Shown: one piece after another, positions 13,111 to 26,806 of the stretch
Numbering within the stretch: the first letter of the stretch is position 1
How the letters are laid out: every line of letters starts with the position of its first letter
The notes under the pieces: model-generated
What the model saw: the letters and a program-made list of their open reading frames with translations, nothing else
Told to the model about the DNA's origin: nothing
Databases searched by the model: none
From: Bugula neritina
Taxonomy: Eukaryota > Animalia > Bryozoa
Length of the DNA: 64,000 nt
NCBI GenBank assembly: GCA_964035545.1
Contig: OZ037770.1
Coordinates: 3,380,662 to 3,444,661, forward strand
Direction: 5' to 3'
Position numbers and translations under genes: made by a program

Positions 13111-14576
13111 TGCCAATCAAGTTCAGCAAGTCGAAGAAGAAGTGAATGGCAGAATAAATATGAAAGACTCAAGCGCCCACACCTGAACTGTATTGAAGAG
13201 TATATACTGCTCCTGTAAGACTGGCTGCAACAAAACAAGATGCAAATGTCAAAAGTCTCAAATGCATTGCGCACTGAAGTTTGGCAATGTATAAGGATTG
13301 TCTAAACAGAAGCACTATTGGAAAAGAATTGAAGCTGATAAGACTAACGAAAGTGACAATAATGTTGAGAATACTTTTCATAATAAAGCACTATTTTTAG
13401 ACATTTGTTACATAACTTGATGCAAACAATTCGATTTTGATCAGTCCTCATGCTTCTGTTTCTCTAGACAATTTTACAGAATCTTGTTGATTTTTTGTTT
13501 AACGGCTACTGACAGACTGGCAAATGATTCACTTGGGTTGTGCCCGGAAGTCTTCAATATATATTCATTTCAATTTTATGTCATGGTATAATTTTGTAAA
13601 TATAGTTTTTTTTCACACATCAGCATAATTTTTTTCCACTTTTGTATAAATAGTTTAGTCATATAATTATTTAGCATGCTTATACCGCATGCAATCTGTC
13701 GATTCATAACTAACATAATATGTTTATATAAAAAAATTGTTTTAATTTGAGATAGCGCCTTGCAGTTTTTAAATTCAGTATCGGCATATATAGAATTCTA
13801 GGTAAGAGGCAATTATTTTTAGTATTCAACAACTTTTTTTTTATTATAAATTATAATTATATATATATACCCCTGCAAGATGATGATTTGTTTTTTGCAA
13901 TAGCTTGAGTTTGGGTAGAGATAGAGTTTTACAGTTTGTAAATTCAGAATAAGCACAGAATTTTTATATAGAAACAAATTTTTTGAGTGGCCACCTAGTA
14001 ATAATTAACTTACTAGTGGCCACCTGGCAAGTTAATTTTTTGAGCACTTTTTGGGAGGTTATACTTCTAAACTAAATGGTATACTATAAAGCAATTATCA
14101 TATTTTTAAAAGTTACACCCAAATGTACTGCTGAATAGAAGCTCAGACCACTGGTATTCATGTTCTATTTTTATTCCAAACTTTAGCATTCTATCTCTTA
14201 TATGTTCCAAACTCAGTATGTTCTAATGATATGCCCAGGTTATCATAGCAGCGGTGATCTGCAGCAGATTCATTACCATTGACATGCAGAAATATATATA
14301 TATATATATATACATATAGCTATTTGATAACATATGCAGAATGGGTAACTATGGAGAAACTGTTTTACATATAAATTCATAGATTAACAAAACTGCTTGA
14401 CCGTAATAGCAGTTTATATGGAGACATTGCAGACACATGGAACATTTCCAATAGACTGGAATTCCTTCTCAATTGAAGTGTTGCAATGTTTTGACATAAC
14501 CTAAGTTTGAACCTGAGCCAATTGGCACTTTACATGGTATACTGCAGTTTAAGTTTAGCTCTATGTTATAGTTCTA

Positions 14577-14693
14577 TATAACTATACACAACACCACATA
14601 ACTATACACAGCACTACATAACTATAGACAGCACCACATAACTATACACAACACTACATAACTATACACAGCACCACATAACTATACACAGCT
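14577..14693. repeat. 20-bp minisatellite (CATAACTATACACAGCACCA, ~6 copies)
   Basis: Directly visible. Confidence 0.9.
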
Positions 14694-14917
14694 CTATAGA
14701 TAGCTGAAAGCTAGTAAATTATAAAGAAGTGAAACAAAGTAGGAATTCCTTATTTTTTGCAGTAATAAAATATAAGCTGATAGGCATTTTAGCACATCAA
14801 GATCCTTTTGAATATGATATATATATATATGCGTATATATATAATATATATGCGTATATATATAATATATATGCGTATATATACATATACATGCGTATAT
14901 ATATAATATATATATAC

Positions 14918-15048
14918 CTCAATCTGTGGACAGCAGCTGTTTCAGGGTTTGTCCCCTCATCAGCACAGAACAGAGTACCATGGCCCACACCTTCGCAATA
15001 GTAGAAACTTATGTTTCTACTAAAGCATATTTAAAAGGTGTGTAAACT
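14918..15048 (-). ncRNA. Type I hammerhead ribozyme in a partial retrozyme-like monomer
   Basis: Minus strand UCUGUG-CUGAUGA-GGGG ACAAA CCCU-GAAA-CAG CUG CUG-UC^CACAGA; flanked by TA-rich tracts; same family as 35604-36084. Confidence 0.8.
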
Positions 15049-15218
15049 TATATATATATATATATAGTTGTATTATGCATGTATTATATGAATTTCCCAC
15101 ACCGTAGTAATATATCACAGATTATGTAATAGTAAATATTCATAATTTGGTCTCATGTATATGGATTAGTTGTAGCTAGTTTACTGACACTACATTTCTT
15201 AATGAGCACAAAATCATC

Positions 15219-15886
15219 TTAGGGATATCTTCTACCATTTGTACCCAGCCAGATATCTCCATACTTGCTGTCAATGAGATAACCATCTGGAGTTATTATC
15301 ACACTGTAGTCTTTGGTCCTTGGTAGCGCATCAGCCACTACGTCTCCACTAGCAGTTACAACAGATATATATGCAATGTCTCTTTCCCCTGTGAAATCTA
15401 CGTCAAATCTCACAAAGCCATAAGGTCTTATTTTCGTAAATCCTGTTTTTATTTTATTCCAATCCCATGTCACTGTGCCACTAGCTCTAGCAGATGCTCC
15501 CCCTGCAATGTTGTATGTAGACATAACAGACTACAGTGCATAGCAGTGAAAATGCTGTAGAAATAACTTTTTGTCTTCTACTTATTTTGTAATGAAAATA
15601 TAAATTATTAGAGCCCACAAATATTTAGCAGTTTAACTGATGGGCTGTAATAAATGAAACTCTATATACTTATTGTTATTATAGCTGTCTAATCACTTTA
15701 CCCCTTTCCCCTTTTTTATTATACAAATAAGTAAAACTTCTGATAATGATGTTGAAGAGTATACGTACCATAAGAAGCATTTGCAGAAAAACGGCTCATG
15801 ATTACATAACCTCTCTCAGCGTCCACCTTTGCATAAATATCTTCACGATAAGCATTGGCTACATGAGTTGATCTGCCAGAACCCAT
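15219..15886 (-). CDS. Uncharacterised 133-aa protein, paralogue A (exons 15886-15769, 15502-15219); predicted N-myristoylated
   Basis: Phase-1 GT-AG intron at the same position in all three paralogues; MGSGRSTHVANAYREDIYAKVDAERGYVIMSRFSANASYGGASARASGTVTWDWNKIKTGFTKI...SKYGDIWLGTNGRRYP*. Confidence 0.9.
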
Positions 15887-16303
15887 TTTTATTCTGTCTG
15901 AGTGTTTCCACTTTTAGTACTGGAAGTTATCAAAACTTACTGGCAAATCCTTATGAAAGTATCATCAATGATATTGATGTCCTCTGCCAAGTAGACTTCA
16001 CATCTACTACACAAGCATGTATACTGACTATATACTCTTACATATCCGAACTGTTTATCTGTTTTACAAGAATTTACTTCCTTGAAACATGATTTATGTT
16101 TAGACACTCCCACAACATAGCTATGCATGTTATGTTAAAGAGAATATAACTCTAAGCTACACTATTGACTGATATTATTATGCCCTATTGGAACATTATC
16201 CATTGTTCGGTAATACTGCATTGTTCATAATTATAATTCATTTTCAGTTGATAGAAATTCTGGCTAAGTATCCAGGCGAAGATATATAATAGTTATTATA
16301 ATT

Positions 16304-16579
<276 letters not shown>

Positions 16580-17139
16580 GGCTCACCACTAAATGTCAAT
16601 TATAAGTTTAAAGAATTGATAATAAAATTTATATCCTCATTATGTCAATTGTTTACAATAATATATAAAATCCAGCAGTGGGAGGGTTTCTCAACCAATT
16701 ATAAAAATATTGCAACTAAGATGTGAATAAATAATTTTCTAGTAGAGCAAAACTAAATAATTGTATTGGGTTTTGTTTTTCTCTCCGTGCTTGAAAGCAC
16801 AAATATCCGAGTATATATTGTGGTGTAACTTGCTCTACCCATTAAGCAGCTAACTCCACTTTCTGCAGAATAGCAGCTTCACATCTCATCATGCAATATT
16901 GACATTATAATATAATTATTATATTATAATTACAATTATATTATATTATAATTATATAATTATCATATATTATAATTATTATATTATAATATTATAATCA
17001 TTCAATACATTCTTTGTCAACTCAATTAGATTTCACTTAAAATATTATGTATATTGATGTTTTAAATCACATCTAATGCATGCAATTTAAAATCTGCAGG
17101 TTTTATAGATTCTAAAATATATTAGTATGTTTTACCGTC

Positions 17140-17966
17140 TGTGAAACTTTATACCAACCTGAGCATTGATTTTAAACACACATATATAGTTTATGGAGCA
17201 CACTTTACTTTTCTTATAAAAAACATATATTACATATAACTCTTGTTTTGTTGTTTAGGAATTACTGGTAATGCATGACTGAACAATTGGAAGATTGCAA
17301 TTAAAAGATGTATTGTGTAAAAATAATATTAATTTTATTGTCAACATAATTTATAAACCAAAGGTTTAGTGATAAGTGAAAACAGCTCCTGGTGTGAAAT
17401 TATTTTCCTGTTTTTTTTCTTTTTTGCAATTACAAGAAAAAGGACATATAGCTAAGGTACTCTCTGCATGACAGAACTTTCTGCACACAGACGGTTTAGT
17501 TGCCCACGTTCCAGGAGCAACTTTTGCTGAACCTATAATGGAAAATGCTCTAAATATTAGACACCGGCATATATAGTGTCTGTAGCAATTGGCAGCTTTA
17601 CTTTTCTCTTAATATTAGAAATATTGCTATAATAAATAACATTATTGATACTTTTTTAACAATAACCTGTGAAACTCAGAATCAGAACTAAGTATTTGCA
17701 TTGCTTATTATAGGGCATAAAAACTAAATTGCTGTTACAGGAGCTTTTTGTTTTAGCTTTAAGAAAAATATTGTTTGAAGAAAGCTTTTTGTGAAAGCTT
17801 TTGCAATAGCTCTTTACTGGTAGTTTTTGTTTGATGAGTCAGTGCAGCTCAATATTCATCTTAGTAAAAAAACAGGCAACTTAAACTTTATTGTCCAAAC
17901 AATTGGCAGTATTATACTATCTTATGTTTTTAACTTCATTAATTAAAATTTCTGTTAGAAATAGCT
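17140..17966 (+). repeat. Segmental direct duplication, partner 24842-25656
   Basis: Long collinear matches, e.g. AATATTAGAAATATTGCTATAATAAATAACATTATTGATACTTTTTTAACAATAACCTGTGAAACTCAGAATCAGAACTAAG in both. Confidence 0.9.
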
Positions 17967-18014
17967 ATAATGAAGTATAAATATAAAAAATCCTATATAT
18001 ATATATATATATAT

Positions 18015-18145
18015 CCAATTATATTTAATTATGAATAAGTATACGAGATATACATTGTGGTTTTGTTACTTCATCGAACAAAGTAGTTAACTAATATTTC
18101 ATAGGCACCACTGTGCCTATCTTCAGGGTAACAGTAAATAATGAA
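18015..18145 (-). mobile_element. Degenerate copy of the Penelope-like terminal repeat with hammerhead core
   Basis: Minus strand CUGAAGA-UAGGCAC AGUG GUGCCUAU-GAAAUAUU; homologous to 19770-19895. Confidence 0.6.
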
Positions 18146-18295
18146 AATTTATGCTTGTTTTGAACAATAAATAGATAGACCCCATTCAACATTTTGTGTC
18201 ACAGATTTATATAAGTCAACAAATTAGCTTAGAGTTATCTTCTCTTTATCATAACCTGCATAGATATATTATGGGAGTGTCTACAATAGCTTATT

Positions 18296-18308
18296 TTTCA
18301 AGGAAGTA
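18296..18308 (+). promoter_or_regulatory. Invariant promoter element TTTCAAGGAAGTA (STAT-type TTCnnnGAA overlapping Ets-type AGGAAGT); also at 16075-16087 and 32959-32971
   Basis: 13/13 identical in all three paralogue promoters, ~30-40 bp upstream of the TATA-like box, while flanks diverge. Confidence 0.5.
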
Positions 18309-18495
18309 TTTTTTGTAGATTATAGATAAAATATTGAGATATATAATAAGAGTAGAATCAGTATACATGTTGGTATAATAGGTAAATGTGAAGTCAGCTT
18401 ATATAACAGTAAACAACACTGCTGATTTTACCTTGCAAACAGATAATTTGTCAGCTTTTATTACTAAAACTGCAGAATCTCAGACAGAACTACAA

Positions 18496-19610
18496 ATGGG
18501 ATCTGGTCCATCGACTCATGTAGCTAACGCTTATCACGGTGATATTTACGCAAAGGTTGATACAGAGAGATGCTATGTAACAAAAATAAATAGTTCTACT
18601 ACAGTTTCTAATGGTTCGTAATTATCAAAATACTTGTAATAAGACAATTTATTTCATTTTTTCTAATTTGTACAGAGTATAACAAAAAATAGGCTGTTAA
18701 AGATAAAATTCGTATAAAGCACAAAATGGAAATTTGTATTTACTATAATATGCATGAAAAGTAATAATGGCTTTATTTGTTAGGACATCCTTTTTTAATT
18801 ATCTTTATAGCTGATTTGTTTGCTATTGGTTATTATAGTTATACTGCTACATGTACTGTAAGCCTAGGGCCACACGGCGCGTATTTTCGCATGCGAAAAT
18901 TGAAATCACAAGTAGCAAAGGCGTCCACTGTAGAGTCAGTGATGCGTGATAAATATAGCTTTCATTTTTAAATCGCACTCGCTTACAATAAAACGCAATT
19001 TACTGGAATGTAGCACTAAAATAAAGAAATTGGGCTCGCTGAATAACTACCAGCTAATTAGGTGATGACGACAGAGACGATTTGCACTTGCGTTGAGAAT
19101 GCAGAACGACAAGTGCGAACGTTTTCTCAACGCGCACAGCGGACACCTTTGCTACTTGTGATTTCAATTTTTGCATGCGAAAATACGCACAGTGTGGCCC
19201 TAGGCTTAGTCCTTGTGGGCTGCTTTAACTATTCGTAAAATATGTGTAAAACACAAAATTAATAAATTGTTATAGCTCACTTTTACCGCTGGCCATAATA
19301 TACAATACGAAAATAAAATAATTTAGGAGATGCATCTGTGGGAAGAAGTGCTGGAATAGAATTGGACTGGCATAAAATACAAACTGGATTCACAAAAATA
19401 GAATCTCATGGTTTCGTGAGATTTGACACAGAATCAACTCCTTCCAAAAGGCTTGCCTATATATCTGTTGTGACTGCTGATGGAACTATTGTGGCTGATG
19501 CACTACCAAGGACCAAAGACCTTAGTGTGATAATAACTCCAGATGCTCAACTTATTGATAGCAAGTATGGAGATATCTGGCTGGGTAGAAATGGCAAAAG
19601 ATATCCCTAA
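18496..19610 (+). CDS. Uncharacterised 133-aa protein, paralogue B (exons 18496-18613, 19327-19610); predicted N-myristoylated
   Basis: MGSGPSTHVANAYHGDIYAKVDTERCYVTKINSSTTVSNGDASVGRSAGIELDWHKIQTGFTKI...SKYGDIWLGRNGKRYP*; phase-1 intron GTTCGT...TTTAG. Confidence 0.9.
18861..19206. mobile_element. MITE (346 bp, ~70-bp TIRs) in the intron of paralogue B
   Basis: AGCCTAGGGCCACAC...GTGTGGCCCTAGGCT; TA (or TWA) target duplication; absent from the homologous intron of paralogue C. Confidence 0.9.
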
Positions 19611-19769
19611 GATAATATTATACTATTTATTTATATATATGTACTGTCAATATATTAATAATATTCCATATATATATGAGTACAATTTGTGAATATTTAC
19701 TTGTACAGAATATATATATATATATATTTATTTATTCAGTTATTTATTTATTTATATATTTATTTCCAT

Positions 19770-19895
19770 CATTCATTGCTACTCTGAAGATGGGCACAGT
19801 GGTGCCCGAAATATCGGTATAATTACTTTGCCTAATAAAGTAATAAATCAACAATGTTTCTCGAGTATATGTATATTATTTATTTATAATTAAAT
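19770..19895 (+). ncRNA. Minimal type I hammerhead ribozyme of the Penelope-like element type, in a short terminal-repeat relic
   Basis: AUUGCUACU-CUGAAGA-U-GGGCAC AGUG GUGCCC-GAAA-UA-UC^GGUAUAAU, followed by AATAAA; helix III reduced to the palindrome AUAU. Confidence 0.65.
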
Positions 19896-19919
19896 TGCTA
19901 GCTCATAAAGTTATATTTA

Positions 19920-20130
<211 letters not shown>

Positions 20131-21371
20131 GTATTCGATATGCATGCATGTAAACAGTTACATCACTGAAACCACAACCACAAACTCATCCATATAAGCG
20201 TCCACTATCATAATTTAAAGTCATAGAAACAAATCAGTGAAAACACAATAATAGTCAAAGTTCAACAGAAACACAAAGTCTAGTATAAATACGTAGTAAT
20301 CTCTTTGGCACAAAGTGCATGAGGACTCCTTTTATAATTAAACTAGAAACACCTCAATATGTATAATTGACCAGTATAGGTTATTGATTAAAGCTGAAAA
20401 TCTATAAATTAAAATTATCAGCTGCGAGATGATGTTTTACAGTGTTATTAGTCATAACAGATAAGATTTTATTCAATCTGAGTCCTGCATCAACTGAAAC
20501 TTTAGGAAATAATAAATCTTGCAGTGTCAGTAATTGTACTAGCTGTTCATAGTATTAGCTGTACAAGTGTTGTAGTTCTAAGCATATTTGTTCACTATAT
20601 TATGTAAAGCAGTTTACAAAGAAAACTAATCCACACAGGAGTTATAAATATTCTGTTACAATATTATCCTCATCTCTCTATCATATTTGTATTGTAAAAA
20701 CTAAAAGGGTGGCCTGTGGAGTAGATGTTATCTTATAATATTCATAATCTAATTCCATATTCCTAAATGGAATTGAAAAGTCTCGCTATACAAAACACTT
20801 TGAACATTCCACCAAAAACATCACATGACACATTTATAACTTTGAAAGTGCAAAAAGTTACTAAAGCAAGTTTTGTTAAAATTAAGTATTATGTTTGTCA
20901 CATGACTTCCCATCTATATTTAGTAATTTTATTTTGTTTACATGATAAATAAACACAAGATTGCTTCGAATATACTTGTCATTTATTGGAGGCTGCTGCA
21001 TGGCAGCTGCAGCCATGTTTATATGAATAGTTTCAAAACACATGGTATCATAATTATAGTGTTGTCAAAGTATCATGTGAATATATATATTGTAATGGTT
21101 GGGGGAAGTATAATACCCCTTAGTACCCCCTGCAGCTAAACATGACTACATAGGTTATGGTGCAACTAGCCTCAAGAATGACAACTCTGCAAGCTACACC
21201 GCAATTCCACACAACTCTCCCAGATTAAACCATATCCCATCCAATCAGGATCAACTCTACATATATAAACGATACTTTTTGGCGTGGCGCCCACAGCCAG
21301 TCTTGGCAGTAATAGTAGACAAACAGGTTAACTATATGTAAAATTTTATGGATTATACTTGTTCTCTTTAA

Positions 21372-22041
21372 CCCCCTGTTCACACATTGCCTCATCGTAA
21401 ACCATAACAGCACAAACAAAATGGCGACCCTGTTACATTTTGTCAACGGGTGTTCACACATTGATGTAAAGTACAACGCATGACCCTGAGTTGTGACCAA
21501 TCATAATAAGGTTAATTCTTGTCTACGGTGACTTGTACGCCTTGAGATATTATTTACAAATTATTCATAACATTTTTTTCAAAAGATGTTATATAAATGC
21601 TATTGACTAGATAAGAGCAATTAAATTAAAAATCTTTCTTTTAAATATATTTGATTTTTAAATTAGTTGTGCAAACTTATTTAAATAATAAATATTTAAG
21701 CCGTCCAAATCAATTTTAGGTTTTTGGTTTGCGTGCTTTTGTGATTAGAGAAAGCTAGATTTTTAAGCTGAGTTTAATTCAAACAAGCAGGATAAAATTG
21801 TTTAATCTTTTGAAACTTTTGAATTAGTTAAATTATATCAAAAATAAGCAATCAAAATAGGCTAGCGAAAATGTTCTTTAATATTTCAGTACCAGATCAA
21901 CTCTACCCAATGGGAGCCTGCCTTGATTTTTGAATCAAGCGCTGCTTGATCAACGCCGAAGCGTATACCAGGTACGATTCAGCCCGGATGTTAACAAAAA
22001 TGGTGGATATTTGCTCTTTGCGGCAATGTGTGAACAGGGGG
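21372..22041. mobile_element. PIF/Harbinger-like MITE (~670 bp), same family as 57272-58034
   Basis: TIR CCCCCTGTTCACACATTGCC...GGCAATGTGTGAACAGGGGG; TAA/TTA flanks; interior closely similar to 57272-58034. Confidence 0.85.
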
Positions 22042-22248
22042 TTATACTTATGATTTATCTCTATTGTGTATATATAATTAACTAATACAATACTAGCTCT
22101 TTAAACAATTAACTGATTCGGTTCTTCACATAACCTCACAGTGGATATGCAGTAATTATCAGCACACAGTAACACCCTAATTAGTAGTACACAAAACTAC
22201 AACAATGTTTGCTCTGTGAACCATGCAGGTCACAATTGACGAAATATA

Positions 22249-23570
22249 GGGGTAACGGGGGGGGGGGGGGCACAACGGTCATAGGGGTACAAAAAGCCGG
22301 CCAAATTTTGAGAGAACTTATTGACTTAGAGTTGTGATTTTTTTTTCATAAAAAGATATTGACATAATTATTCAGCTTTTGTAGTTTCAACACTCGCGGA
22401 ACATGCGTGTTGAAAAGGCGAATGAAAAACTGTTTTTACCTACTTTTTGTAAATTTTTTAGGACGTCGTTAAAGCCTCATAACTTTTTACGCTCAAAGGC
22501 AAGAAGCCTAGATTTTACTAATATTGTTACCATTGCTTGTCTCTACAATGCTTAACTAGTATAACAGCAAACACTGAAATAAATTTTCCTTGAGGCACAT
22601 TTATTCTCAATTTGGCCACACGGGGCACAATGGGCCACGCTGACCGGGGCACAATGGGCCACCTGATTATTGCACCCTGATCACTGTTATTAGTTTGTTT
22701 GCCTAAAAAGTTGGTTGAACTGTGACTAAAACCTATAGATATAGCCATTTCTGCCTTTTTTGTAAAATATCAAAGACATCATGGTAAGACTACAAAACTA
22801 CAAGTTGAAGCTCCCCTAATATATACATCTGGTGAGGTTAAAGCTTTGCAATTTTATACATAATACAAAACACTCTGCTGTTGCTACTAGTAGATAGTCA
22901 TGATAATCATTATATATTACACCATTGAGGGAATATACATGTATTTGACTGAAATAAATTGTGATTTGCTCATTTGCTTCCCCTCTCCTTTCCGTACTCC
23001 AGTCACAAACCTCAGCCATGCATGCACCTTAGCTACAGTTCATAGAAAAAAGTCTACTCGGGTTTTTGTAGTACACGTTACTAAAGTTTTTTTTTGATAA
23101 ATGTTGCTCTGAAGTGAAAATAACAGAACATTTTTAGTTCTAAACAGTAATGATAATGGCACTGCAGAGCCGAGTGACGTGCGTTTGATTTTGCCTTCCT
23201 CTGCTAACCGTAGTAACACAAACTGTACAGCTAAAACATGAATTTTGCTGCAGATCTGAAAGAGAATCTTTATTTATTTGTAATATTAAATAAATAAAGA
23301 TCAGATGTAACAAAATATACGCAAAATGTCAATATATTTGTTGTGTCCCATTGTACCCCGGTACCGGGGCACAATGGGCCGACTTTTTTGTTGTGAACAT
23401 TTCATTATTCTGAAAGTTGTGAGGGAGATAGAAACAACAAACTGATACCTGTAATAGACAACATATGCAGCATTAAGACTAGAGATTATTGAACTAGTAA
23501 CTTGAAAAACAGACAAATGAGAGCAACAAATGCAAAATTCGGCCCGTTGTGCCCCCCCCCCCGTTACCCC
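22249..23570. mobile_element. Non-autonomous Tc1/mariner-superfamily (pogo-like) element, 1322 bp, TA TSD
   Basis: TIR GGGGTAACGGGG..GCACAACGG / CCGTTGTGCCCC..CCGTTACCCC; TA on both sides; internal repeats CGGGGCACAATGGGCC (three copies); empty site visible in the duplicated arm at ~30500-30516. Confidence 0.85.
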
Positions 23571-24074
23571 TACTGCAGTCTGTTAATTTTGAATAGCATG
23601 TCTTGAAAAATATTTCCTTTTTAAAACAAGTAGCATCACTATATGTAAAGATGGAAGTTTTAAGCATTTAATTCGGACAAACACATTTTTAAAACTCAAT
23701 TTGTAAATTGTTTTAAGCAAGCAGAAATTATGTAGACCTATGATTGGTGCCTTGAAGATAACAAAAGCTATAATTCACATATACTCTATAGCATAGTACT
23801 TTAGTTAATTAAATAACTATCATATGCATGACAAAATAGACTCTGTGAAAAGAGTTATCCCAAGTAATATATCAACTATTTTCATACACTTGGTACAGTA
23901 TGTTCATCTATAAATATGTCTAATCTTTGATAGAACAGCATTTGAAGAGTAGGACATCTTATTTACACTGCAGTACTAAGTTACTTCTGCTAAACACACA
24001 CAAATGACCTATTTTATTTGTATAGTTATATGACTATAAAGATATGCATGCCTAGACAATATCAATATTTTATA

Positions 24075-24187
<113 letters not shown>

Positions 24188-24192
24188 AAGGA

Positions 24193-24372
24193 GTAGCCGT
24201 GGTCTAGGGGTTATAGAGCGTTGGCCTAGTAAACACGGGGTCATGGGTTCAAGCCCCACAAAGGCCATTGATGATGTAAAGAAGAGCATACAGTCATAAT
24301 TGCTCCTGTGCCTCATTTAAAATAAATCCTCAGCCCGATTTAACTAAAACCTTTCCACCAGGGGTTTTATAT
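24193..24372 (+). mobile_element. tRNA-derived SINE, near full length
   Basis: A box TGGTCTAGGGG, B box GGTTCAAGCCC; absent from the homologous site in the other duplication arm (~29925). Confidence 0.85.
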
Positions 24373-24841
24373 AGCTATATATATATAGTATAGCTTTTTT
24401 CAATTCCCATTTTTGCTGACTCAAACATTTTTTTAAATAATAATTACTTATAACAATGTCATGATATTATGATATAAAAAATTTAACTTGAGCTGTTCCA
24501 TATTACCAACAGTAGGTCAATGCAGCTTTAGAGTTGTTTTCCCTGAACAGTGAACACGAGAGAATATAACTTCTAGCCAAGTAATTTTTATTGACTTATA
24601 TTAGTAAATTAACTTTGGGACAGACAACTTTACATGTGATAGGGCAATTGAAATCACATAATTAACTGACCTGTTAACATGAACTGTTTTACATAGTTTG
24701 ATACAATTTATTGAATAATCTAATCAAATTTACTAGATGCAACGTGTAAAGATCATGTTCTAAGGGTTTGTGAGGTGAACCAGCATGCCACACACGTGGC
24801 AGGAAGTAGGGTTGTATCTTAAAAAAGACACCTGGGGTTTT

Positions 24842-25656
24842 GTGAAACTTTATACCGAGCAAAGCACAATAGCTTTTCAAATAAAATATAGCACACTTTA
24901 CTGCTCTGCAAAACATATATATAAGTAATGATTTCATTATTTAAGAATTACTATGGTAATGCATGACTGAACAATTGAAAGATTGCAATAAAAGATGTAT
25001 TGTGTAAAAATGATATTAATTTCATAAACCAAAGGTTTAGTGGTGAGTGAAAACAGTTCCTGGTATGAAATTATTTTCCTGCACGTTTTTCTGTTAAGCA
25101 ACGACAAAGGCCAAGTATCATGCTGTAGCGAGGGTACTCTTTGCCGTGACAGAAACCTCTGCACACAGACGGTTTAGTGGTCCACTTTGTAGGAGCAGCT
25201 TCCACTGAACCTAATGGAAAATATTCTAAATATTAGACACCAACATATATTATAGTGTCTATATAGCAATTGGGGCAGCTTTACTTTTCTCCTAATATTA
25301 GAAATATTGCTATAATAAATAACATTATTGATACTTTTTTAACAATAACCTGTGAAACTCAGAATCAGAACTAAGTATTTGCATTGCTTATTATAGGGCA
25401 ACAAAACTAAGTTGATGTTGCAGGAGCTTTTTGTTCTAGCTTTAAGAAAAGTAGGTGTTGTTTGAGGAAAGCTTTTTGTGAAAGCTTTTGCAATAGCTCT
25501 TTACTGGTAGTTTTTGTTTGATGAGTTGAAGTACAGCTCAATTTTCGGTTTGTTAAAAAATCAGGCAACATAAACTTTATTGTCCAAATAATTGGTATTA
25601 TTATACTACTTTTTGCTTTTAACTTCATTAATTAAAAGTGCTGTTAGAAATAGCTG
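24842..25656 (+). repeat. Segmental direct duplication, partner 17140-17966
   Basis: Collinear high identity with 17140-17966. Confidence 0.9.
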
Positions 25657-25774
25657 TGTTGACTATAATGTTAATTTAACAAGATGTTTTTACAGTTATA
25701 AGTTACAGCTTTGTGAGAAAACTAAACTGTTGACATTAGGCAAAAGGTTGGGTTGTGGCCTGCATCTGCGCCAC

Positions 25775-26806
<1,032 letters not shown>

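Noticed and set aside
12020-14035. Possible DNA transposon around the gag relic, suggested by inverted GGTGGCCA motif pairs at both ends
   Set aside because: Similarity is limited to two short motifs; no definable TIR ends or TSD.
18388-18495. N-terminal extensions of paralogues B and C implied by the ORF track
   Set aside because: They begin at non-ATG codons; the ATG of MGSG is the start shared by all three copies.
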